From contig NW_013657624.1 of NCBI RefSeq assembly GCF_000142905.1, positions 174,996-238,995 on the forward strand: 64,000 nt of DNA, in the 5' to 3' direction. The DNA comes from Thecamonas trahens ATCC 50062 (lineage: Eukaryota; Protista; Apusomonadida). Made by a program: the position numbers and the translations under genes. Position 1 is the stretch's first letter, and each line of letters begins with the position of its first letter. Below, piece after piece: positions 54,736-64,000 of this stretch. The notes under the pieces are model-generated. The model saw nothing but the letters and a program-made list of their open reading frames with translations, did not search any database and had not been told where the DNA came from.

Positions 54736-55899
54736 ATGAAACACAATCACACGCTGAGAGCGCTTGCTGGCGGTGGTGTGGCGGGTGGCGGGGAGTCTCG
54801 TCCGAACACGCCACACACGAAACACAGCGAGCGAGGCAAGGGCGGAAGCCAAGTTGGAAGCATGGCAGAGACGACGGGACGAGTCGGCGACCCACGACCT
54901 GCGCTCAACACGACAGGCCGCAGCTTTGAGGGTGTCGGCGAGGTGTGGATCCCTGTCTCGCAAGCAAAGGGCGAGCTGGCGTGGCGGGAGGAGCTCGTCT
55001 CGGGCCTCATCGTTGAATCGCGCATCGAAGCCAAAGTGGCGGCATCGGCTGCAGCAGCCGGTCACGGCGTCTCGGCGCCGCCGCTCATCTTTTTTACTCG
55101 GCAGTGGTTCGAGTATGGCCTGGCTCTGACCCAAGATCGCGACGGGACGGACTCTGGCTTGGGCTCCGACATCGGCCGACCGACAGGTCTGGTCGAGGCG
55201 ATGGCTAGTGAGACCGAGGACTTTGTTGCCTTTGTGGACGCGGTGATCAATGTGCTCGAAGTCGATCTGGGCCTTGTTGACTACCACTGGCAGCTGTTGC
55301 TGTTCAAGCATGCTGTGCGGGGCAAGAAGTCGCCCATCCGTGCGCACGGCGTTCGAGTGTACTACGGCAACGTCGACCGCGACGGCCCATACAACTCGGG
55401 CCTCACCTGCCTCTCGTGCGAGACCGCGAGTGTCGAGGCGAGGCAGTCATTTGTGACCGACAACGAGGAGGCGTGCATGTGGCTGGACGCAAAAGGCCGG
55501 CCGATGTGGGTGGTGACGCCGCGGCGGCACGTCGACGCGCTCTCCGAGTGCACGGCAGCCGAAAAGATGGCGATATTTCAGCTGGCGGCGACAGGGCTTG
55601 GCGCGTCAGTGGCGGCCGCCATGGCCAAGGAGCCGGCCGGTTTTCGGTTCTCGACGCTCAAACTCAACCACGGAACGTACCGCAATTGGGAGCACCTCCA
55701 CCTCAAGATCTCGCTCCACGGCTCAAACTGGCGGCAGGTGGCGGAGGCGGTGGCAGCGAGCCTCCCCGGCGAGCGCACTGATCTCCTCGACCGACTCGAC
55801 ACGCTGCGGGCCGAGGCGGCGGCGCGCAAGGCGGCGCGTAAGGCACGAGGGGAGAGCGGCAGTAGCGGGCGTGGAGGAGGCAAGGGCTGGAAACGGTGA
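54736..55899 (+). CDS. HIT-like fold protein (start may be 54862)
   Basis: CLSC, WVVTPRRHVDALSE, NHGTYRNWEHLHLKI (HxHxK variant of the histidine triad). Confidence 0.65.
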   Translation: MKHNHTLRALAGGGVAGGGESRPNTPHTKHSERGKGGSQVGSMAETTGRVGDPRPALNTTGRSFEGVGEVWIPVSQAKGELAWREELVSGLIVESRIEAKVAASAAAAGHGVSAPPLIFFTRQWFEYGLALTQDRDGTDSGLGSDIGRPTGLVEAMASETEDFVAFVDAVINVLEVDLGLVDYHWQLLLFKHAVRGKKSPIRAHGVRVYYGNVDRDGPYNSGLTCLSCETASVEARQSFVTDNEEACMWLDAKGRPMWVVTPRRHVDALSECTAAEKMAIFQLAATGLGASVAAAMAKEPAGFRFSTLKLNHGTYRNWEHLHLKISLHGSNWRQVAEAVAASLPGERTDLLDRLDTLRAEAAARKAARKARGESGSSGRGGGKGWKR

Positions 55900-55948
55900 T
55901 GGAGCAAGGAGTTGCAGCCAAGCCAGCAGAGGCGATACTTTGATGGAG

Positions 55949-58004
55949 CTAAAACGAGGTGACGAGCTCGCCGACGCCGTCGGCGGTGTCATAGACGAGC
56001 TTTGCGACAGCGAGGGCGAGAGCGTCTGCGGCGTCCTGCGACGAGGCCTCGGCGTAGACGCGGACGACGTCCTCTGTGCCCGAGGGGCGGACAAAGGCGC
56101 GACCGGCATCGACAGGAGCAACGAGAGCGTCTATGGCATCCTGCATACCTGTCGGCTCGACAAGCTGCTGGTCGGCGTTGGTGGTGGTAAAGACGGTGCG
56201 GTCGGCGACGGCGACCTTGGTCAGCCGGTTCGGGTGCTCGGTGTAGAGGGCGGCCCAGTCTGCCACCGAGAGGCGGCGGATGCGGAGGATGGCCTCGATG
56301 AAGAGCATGTCCGAGATGGCGTCGCCAACGGCCTGGTTGACGACGGCGGGGAGGAGGCCGAGCTGTGTGGCGGCGGCGGCAGCCGGCGGGGCGGTGGCAA
56401 GGTCCGGGTTCGCCGCCACACGGGCGAGCGTCTCGACGTACTTGGGCGAGAAGACGACGGTGCCGTGGCCGTTGGCCTCAAAGTAGACGCCGATGTCGTA
56501 GGCCAGAGCGGCGTGATGCAGATGCTTGACGCCGGTCTTGGTAAACTCGACGGTAGCGCCGAGCTCATTGCGGAGGTAGGTGGTGGAGGCACCATTGGCG
56601 TAGGCGGTCTGGATGACGGCGAGCGAGAGCTCGTCGGCGGCGACGAGGCCGGCGTCGACGAGGACCTGCAGCGTCGATGAGATGTAGTCGGCCATGAGCG
56701 AGGCCAGCTTGTCGCCGTCGAGGAGGACAAAGCCCGCGGACGGCGAGTTGAAAAAGTAGACGACGCGGTCAGCGTCTCCGTCAAAGGCGGCGCAGCGATC
56801 GGCTGTCTCGGCGAGTACCGGCGGCGGCATCTGGTTCGACTTGACATAGTCGGCGCCGGCCTCATGATTGAGAATGTTCACCTCGGGGTCGCTGCCGTCG
56901 TTGACGATGGAGGCGTGTAGGGCAAAGTCGGGCCCAGCGGCGGCGAGGAGCGCGGCGAGCGCGGGCGCGCCGACGCCGTTGGCGCCGTCGACAAAGAGCT
57001 TACCGGCGTCAAACTCGCCGTTCCCGGCGCCACCGGCCTCCAGCAGCTGAGTATAGGCGGCGATGAGCTTGTTGTTGTAGCCGTCAAGAGTGGCGATGCC
57101 AAACTGAGGCTCGTTGCTGGCCTTGACCAGATAGTGGAGCTGAGGGGTGGAGACAAGGCCGACAGGGATGGCGTCGACGGCAGGGAGGACTGCGAGGCCA
57201 GCCTCGAGGGCGGCAACAAGCCGGTTGGCCGAGGGGCGGGTGTCGTGGCCGTAGCGGACAGCAGCCGGGGCATCGGGCGCTACGCTTGCGGCAGCGAGAG
57301 CGGCCGCAGCAAGCTCGGCCAGCTCATCGACCGTCGACGCGTTGGCCATGGCGACAGCGATCTTCTCGTATTCGGGCACAAGCATGTCGCCCGACGGCTC
57401 GACAAGCTTAACCCCATTGTCCGGTACGGGGTTGTGCGAGGCTGTAACCATGACGCCGACACACGCACCGCCGAGCGCCTTGGAGCGGATGGCAGCGAGG
57501 ATGCCGACCTTGAACATGACCGAGTCGAGGAGGTCCGCGCTGTAGTGGGGGGCCTNNNNNNNNNNNNNNNNNNNNNNNNNNNNNNNNNNNNNNNNNNNNN
57601 NNNNNNNNNNNNNNNNNNNNNNNNNNNNNNNNNNNNNNNNNNNNNNNNNNNNNNNNNNNNNNNNNNNNNNNNNNNNNNNNNNNNNNNNNNNNNNNNNNNN
57701 NNNNNNNNNNNNNNNNNNNNNNNNNNNNNNNNNGCTGAAAGCCGGGGGGAGGTTGTAAATTTTTTGTGAGGGTACGAGTGTGGCTGCCGAACAACAAGGC
57801 ATGGGAAGGGGGGGGGGGGAGGGGGACGGGGGGGAGGGCGAGCGAGAGGGCCAACGAGCAACTGTTCGTCCGCTCACGGCGGGTTGGAACGTACGCCATA
57901 CGGAAGCCAGCAGTTCCGTAAGAGTAGACGACCGAGTCGGGCTTGGGGTATGAAGCAATACCCGCAGTCAGGTTGGCTGTGATGTCAGCAGGGAGCAAGG
58001 ACAT
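55949..58004 (-). CDS. PGM3: Phosphoacetylglucosamine mutase; join(58004..57895,57539..55949)
   Basis: YGTAGFRM, GVMVTASHNPVPDNGVK, DGDADR, GVKHLHH, YFEANGHG, RPSGTEDVVRVYAEA. Intron GTACGT...CTACAG contains the gap. Confidence 0.96.
57556..57733. other. Assembly gap (N run)
   Basis: Run of N bases. Confidence 1.
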
Positions 58005-58237
58005 GGTGGGTGATGGGAAGGGGAGGAGTGGGAGGAGTGGGTGCGGGTTGGTGGTGAGTGGCCAGTGGGGCGAGTGTAGCTACGCCGCGAGTGGACAGAC
58101 TCGTCGACGAGTTGGTGGACGTGGTGGCGACCGAGGTAGTGGGGGTCGGGAGGGACAGGGTCGAGCGGAACGAGCGTCTGTGTTTTGTTTGCTGCGTGCT
58201 TGTCTGTCTGCTTGTGGTGTGTGTGTGGTGCGTGGCT

Positions 58238-59530
58238 ATGGCGGGCGTGGACGATAGGAGCCAGACGGCGGCGGCGGTGAGCGCGGTGGGCGACTTGCTA
58301 GCGCAGCTGGGTGTAGAGATGGGCGATGGATCGGCGAGCTCGTCTTCGCGGGAGAGGCGCGGTGGCGGACGTGGCAGAGGTGGTGGTGGTGGGAGCAAGA
58401 GTGGGACGCGGACGGCCGGGCAGACAATGACCGGGCGTGAGCTGGCAAGGATCCTGGCGGCGGCCAAGACGGGGATGGCGAGCCCAAGCGATGACGGCGG
58501 TGAGGCGCTGATGGCCTCGCTCTCGCGGGCCGCATCGACGCTCTCACTCGGTGAGTCGGATATTCTTGCCGAGCTGGTGGCGGCTACCGACGATCTCAAC
58601 AAGGGTGCCGGGCTGGACTCGGATAATATCCGATTCCTGCTTGGTGATGGCGGAGACGGCGGCAGCGGTGGCGGCGGTGGCGACGAAGCTGATGACGTTG
58701 ACCTCTCGGATTTGGTTGGTGGCGGGTGGGCAGGCGCGGCGTCGGCACTGCAAGCCGGACCGGGCACCCAGAGGAAGAGCGCAAGCAAGACAGGTTCAAG
58801 CAGGAGCGGCGGTGCGCCGCCGATCGTGGTTTCACCGGTCGTGCCTTTCAGCTACAAGTCGTTTGCGATGCTCGGCGAACTCGCGCTTCAGGCGCTACTG
58901 CTAGCGCGTGAGGCGCTGGTAACGGCAAACGGCAGCGTCAACCGGGCTCTCTCGGGCAAGTATTCACGGCTGGTCTCGCTCGCGCACCACACGCTTCGCG
59001 GTGTCACGCAGAGCCTCAAGGCAATCCATCGTGGGCGGACACGGTCGTTGCGAACGCTCAGGAAGCAGACATGTGGACTGCGGATGCTCAACCCGATTCT
59101 GAGCGCAGCGGTAGTGCACACAGCCGAACAGGCACTGGCGGTCGCCACAGATCCCCAGCTGGCGACCGAGTACCCTGACGTTGTGCGGTTTGTGGCGCTG
59201 GCGCCGGTCATTGAGGCCCATCTCAAGACCGCCGAGGTGACGCTGGCAGCACGGTATGCATACGACAAGAGGCTGCGACGGGGAGCAGACGTGGCACATG
59301 AGCGTCGGACCAAGGAGCGGGACACGGCAGGCAGCCATCGGCTTGGGCGCACCGAGTCGAGCCGAAGCAGCGGCGAGTCGATCTTTGATGCCGAGCTCTC
59401 GTCGGTCTCGACTTCGTCGACTGCGCCGCTTGCCCTCTCATCACGCTCATCAGGATCCTCGTTGCCGTTTGGCCTGTCTTCAAGCATCTCGTCTGGTTCG
59501 CTGCGGTTTGGACCGTCAACTGACAGCTGA
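58238..59530 (+). CDS. Hypothetical protein
   Basis: 430-codon ORF divergent from PGM3, with a helical core. No family recognised. Confidence 0.65.
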   Translation: MAGVDDRSQTAAAVSAVGDLLAQLGVEMGDGSASSSSRERRGGGRGRGGGGGSKSGTRTAGQTMTGRELARILAAAKTGMASPSDDGGEALMASLSRAASTLSLGESDILAELVAATDDLNKGAGLDSDNIRFLLGDGGDGGSGGGGGDEADDVDLSDLVGGGWAGAASALQAGPGTQRKSASKTGSSRSGGAPPIVVSPVVPFSYKSFAMLGELALQALLLAREALVTANGSVNRALSGKYSRLVSLAHHTLRGVTQSLKAIHRGRTRSLRTLRKQTCGLRMLNPILSAAVVHTAEQALAVATDPQLATEYPDVVRFVALAPVIEAHLKTAEVTLAARYAYDKRLRRGADVAHERRTKERDTAGSHRLGRTESSRSSGESIFDAELSSVSTSSTAPLALSSRSSGSSLPFGLSSSISSGSLRFGPSTDS

Positions 59531-59838
59531 CGCCTCAGTGCCGTGGCGGGACGTCAGCCAGTGGGAGAGGCTGCCAGCGCAACGCCGTGATATTATGCAG
59601 TTTCCTCACCAGCAGCATTTCGCCTATAACAAGTACACCATGGGCGGCAGGATGTAGTAGTCTGCGCTATGTGGTGAAGAGGGTGTTGCTGTATGTACAG
59701 GGGGGGGGGGCCTTGCAAGTGGCTCGCAGTGTGTGGAAGTCGATTCTTCGCATTTTGTCAGCACGCCCAGCACGTAGATATGGTCAGGAATTGTTGACTT
59801 GCGTCCAACTCGCAGCATTCTTTCACTTGACTCGCTGC

Positions 59839-62800
59839 ATGGACAGCATGTTATTGAACAACAGAGTGTTTATATGTGGTCTCCTGGCTGTGCTATGTCT
59901 CGCCACGAGTTACGCCAGGCCGTACTGTCCTCGGTACCCCCTCATGGACATGGAAGGGGATGAGCGTGACAGGGAGGTCTATTTGGTACGTGGTGGTGTC
60001 GGGGATTTCGTATCCCGCATTCTGACCAGCTCCAAGAACTAATTGCCCATTTCCATTGCCGTTTTCGTCATAGGTCTCCGCACCATGCGTTGCCCTGGAC
60101 CACAGCAGCAGCTCGCGCATAGCAGCGAGTACAGCAGCCGGGCGACAGTCAGGCTATGGTATTAGCTTGACTATTACATGCTATGCCGCAACTGAGCCCA
60201 AGTTTGTGGGCCGGTGCCCGGAAGTCTCGCTTGTGATTGGTGCGGCTGTTGTGCCAAGCGTGATTGACACGGATGGTGAGGCAAAAATAGCCCTAATTGG
60301 CGAGGCGGCCGCTCGTGACTTTGGGGAGTTTGAGCTGGCGATAGCTGAGCCTGGTGATGGGGCGTCCATTGTGGCCGAAGTGATCTGGCGGCAGCGAGCG
60401 GCCGGCCGTGAGAGTGGCGGTGAGTTTGGAGTGAGCAGTATATCGCCCGGTGTGGTGGCACTGGAGGGTGGAACGATTGTGAACGTGTACGGTACAGGCT
60501 TCGCCGCGCCGCTTCTGGGCTTTGTGGACTCTACACCGGTGCAAGTTGTGGTGGAGAGCGAGACACACGCGTGGTTCGAGATGCCTGCGCGTGCTTCGTC
60601 AGGCTACTCGCGGCTGATCTTGCGGCATGCAAGCGGTGATCTCGTGGTGCGCGACGTGTATGCGGCGAGCGGGTGCGCTTCCGCGGGGCTCTACGGGAGG
60701 GATGACGCCTGCTACGAATGCCCCCCCAACGCAATGTGTCCTGGCGGTGACCGGATCTGGCCGCATGCAGGATTCTGGTCGTCTCATGAGGCGTCGCCGG
60801 TAGTTGCGGCGTGTCCGAGGCCTGCACGTGTGAGGTGTCGGGGCGGGCGTGGCTCGCCGTGTGGCCAGGGCTACATCGGCACGCTCTGCACATTGTGCGA
60901 TGACAGCCACTATCGCGAGGGACTGGCCTGTCGATCGTGCCCGTCATCACTGGGGGTAGTGATCGCAACTGTGACTTGCGTTGTAGTTGTGGCGGCAGGG
61001 GCGGTGGCGGCAGCCATGGCTGCGTCGGATCGTGTGCTCGGTGTGCTGCTTTGGAGCGCGCGGATAGTCCAAGTGGTGTACGCAGGCCAGAAAGCGGTCG
61101 GTACGACGGTGAGCGAGCCGCTCGCAACCTTGTATCGTACCATGGCGCTGGTGGGTGTCGGCGATGTGGAGGCATTTTTGCGCCCGGCATGCCTAGGAGA
61201 GTTTGGGGTGGAAGCATCTGTCTGGATCCACTCAGTGACCATGTTGGGGACCATTGCGGCGCTGACAATGATGGTACTTGTGGCAGCACTGTGGACAAGC
61301 ATCGGTACTGAGTTCTCACTAGGGACGACGCGCAACCGCGTGGTTCAGTTGGGACTGGCTGTCTTTCACGTCTTTTTCTATAATTCGATGAGAATCGGCT
61401 TCTCTACCATGCAGTGCATGAGGACTGGGCTGGACAGCGAGATGCGCCTGGCTGGCGAACCGGACATTGTTTGCCTCTCGTCAAGGCACTTGAAGATCCT
61501 GGTCGCCGGAGCGGTGCTTGTTGTCGGGCATGGCCTCTTTGCGCCGTTTATCATCAGCGGCCTCTGTCGACTTTGGTGGCCACTGGCGATTGATCGCGAC
61601 GGCGTTGAAGAGGAAGGCGAGGCTGGCAGTGTCCTGCAAATTGTGCTTTTTGCCAACTTGGGAACGCAGCGGTGGTGGGGCGGCCTTGTGTTCTTGCCGT
61701 TCCTCATGTGTACGGCGGCGATCAGCGTGTTTCTGGAACACGATGCCGGCTTGCAGCTAGTGGCGATTGTGGCTGTGACCATTGTTCTCACAGCTGTACT
61801 CATTGTCAAGACTCCGTTTGCATCGGCGCGGTATGCGACAACGGCAGGGGCGGCACTAGCCACTGCGCTTGTGGGAGCTACAACATCTTATGCTGCTGCG
61901 GCTGAACCAAGACACGCGATGACGATTTCGGCTATCATGTTTGCGGCGCTGGTGGTTTTACTTGTCGGCGACATGATACTGATGTCGCCGTGGGCGCTCA
62001 GCTTGCGGACTCGATGGGCGGATCGCGCACTGCGTGCGGTGTCGGCCGTAGGTCCGGAGCAGGAGGTCGAGATCCACACGCGGCTCATCGCATCGACCTC
62101 GGGCATCTCGCTCGGATGGGGAGGGGGATCAACCATCGGGACGTCTTCGCCCAAAGGTCGACACGGAAGAGAGCAAACCAGCTCGTCACAGGCAAGTGGA
62201 AAAGAGGATTTCCGGCCACGGCTGATGAAGTCAACGGCGGTGTTTCTCTCTCCGGCCGAGAAGGATGCATTGGCACGGATGGAAGCGGTAGCCGGACCAT
62301 CGCAGGTGGCAGCAGGGCCGACGGCACCACACCCGGAGACTGACATCTCGCTGTCTCGATCGCAGTCGGTGGTGATAGGGGCTGGTCGGCCGCGTGCACT
62401 ACAACCGTCGCAAACCCAAGCGCAACGGGCATATCTCTTGGAGCGCGCATTCCATGCTGCGCGAAAGACGGCAAAGTCTCAGAATGCGAAGCGGATCATG
62501 CCACGGTCACAGCGGCCGCGAAAGCTTCGCACCGGGCACGCTCGACCCAGCTCACGCGGCAAGACAGCACCTTGTCTCCGCGCAGTGGAGGAGTCGAATC
62601 ACGCCGTTGAGCGCGAGAGCGCAAAGGTCACGGGCGATAGTGGCGCATGTCGCATGGCGTCGTCAGACTCGATTATTGCCGACAAAAGTGTGGTGGCCTT
62701 GTCGTCAAGTAGCTCGTCAAGGATCGGCGAGGATACGTTGTCCACATCGTCGTCGGCGGCATCGTTGTCGGCGGCATCGTCGTCGGCGGCATCGTCGTCG

Positions 62801-62908
62801 GCGGCATCGTCGTCGGCGGCATCGTCGACGTCCACATCGTCACTTTCATCTTTATCTTCATCGACGACGTCGACGTCGACGTCGGCAGTGTCGGAGTTAT
62901 GTGAGTGA
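59839..62908 (+). CDS. Cell-surface polytopic membrane protein: signal peptide, IPT/TIG domain, Cys-rich region, multiple TM helices; join(59839..59985,60074..62908)
   Basis: Signal MDSMLLNNRVFICGLLAVLCLATSYA. In-phase intron GTACGT...ACTAAT...CATAG. SISPGVVALEGGTIVNVYGTGF (IPT), CPPNAMCPGG...GFW...CGQGYIGTLCTLC, then 7 or more hydrophobic segments. Confidence 0.85.
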
Positions 62909-64000
62909 CGGCGGTCGAGGTATGCAATGATGGCTGTGGGCTGCGTCGTGGAACGAGGGCGCAAGTGCCGAGGAGGCGCGATCTTGGCCGCGCACACCAC
63001 ACTCTGCATTGAACCAAGCATATGGGGGTGATGGTGGTGAAGTGGGGGGTGAGGGTGGTGGTTGGTGGTGTTGGGGCGTAATGAGTATGGTAGGGGGGGG
63101 ATGAGGGGGGTCGTGACGTGGGTGGCGCGGCGAGCGAAAGGATGGTGGGTATGGCGATTGGGCTTGAGGATTGCTGTTGGCGAGTTGGATGAGGATGACG
63201 GGTATGTGTGACGTGTGGGGGATGAGGGTGGAGGGGCTTGGGCGGCAAGGGCGAGGAGGGCGGACGGGATTGGATTGAGATGGATGTCGATGGAGACGAG
63301 GGCTTGGGATTGGAGAGGGAGGCAGACCACTGAACGCTAGCCGGCCACTGCATTGCCTATCGCTTGCACTTGCCCTCTCGTGTTCTTCCTCGCCATGGCC
63401 AGCCCGGTGGTCTCGTCGTCTGGCACGGTGGTCGGCAGCAGGGGCGGCTGGCGATGAGCAGGCCGGCGGGGGCTGTGATGGGCACGGCCGGAGGAGGGAG
63501 GGGAGGAGTGGGTTGGAGGGAAAACTGGTAGTCATTGCTATTGCTGTGGCTATCCGCATGCATTGTCTCCAATGCCCTGTCGATGGCTAGCTTGCTCTTG
63601 GTGGTGCCGGCGGTGGTCGGTCGGCGGCGGGCGGCGGTCGGCGGCGAGCAGCAGGCGGTCGGCAGCGATGCTGTTGACGGGATGGCGTCGGCTGATGTGC
63701 GTATCGGCGAGCAGGAAGTGGATGATTATGATTGCAGGGGTAGTGAACATGTGTGGTGTGGGTGTGGTGATTGTGGGTGGAGATGGTGGGGAGTGGGGGT
63801 CGGAGATCGGCCCGGGGAGGAGGGGTCAGCAGCATCGAAGGGACACCAGGACAACAAGCTGGGCCGAGCCGGCAGAACTCGGATTCCGGAATACTGCAGC
63901 TGTGGAACGGATACTATGCAGGGGGATAGTGTGTGTAAGTATTAGGGCAGTAGTGAAATCAGATTGGCCATATCTTGCAATGAGTGTGGTGGGGGTCGTG

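Noticed and set aside
62897-63950. Possible minus-strand gene fragments at the window end (e.g. KLAIDRALETMHADSH)
   Set aside because: Low complexity, inconsistent frames and no recognisable domain, so no gene model can be supported.

Overview
GC-rich, gene-dense, intron-poor nuclear DNA of a ciliated unicellular eukaryote. The gene set (HSF, Zn2Cys6 factor, BRD8, codanin-1, ADP1-type ABCG, MKS1/CEP41/CEP44) suggests Amorphea/Obazoa, for example an apusomonad such as Thecamonas; this is an inference. About 26 protein genes can be read. Spliceosomal introns have GTACGY/GTATGT/GTAAGT donors, an ACTCAC-type branch point and YAG acceptors. There are three assembly gaps. No prokaryotic-type mobile elements or CRISPR arrays were seen. 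Most notable observations: (1) an intergenic double-guide C/D box snoRNA with two LSU rRNA antisense elements; (2) an H/ACA snoRNA candidate and other structured blocks in the eIF4A intron; (3) many conserved genes broken by 1-nt deficits or short tandem duplications (MKS1, acylphosphatase, codanin-1, eIF5A, CEP44), most likely sequencing error but testable as recoding or editing; (4) a divergent eIF5A whose stop codon is linked to the mitochondrial ACP start by a GT...AG spacer, possibly a bicistronic mRNA; (5) a bacterial-style secreted repeat protein (HGT candidate); (6) XRN2 with an R3H-like insertion.
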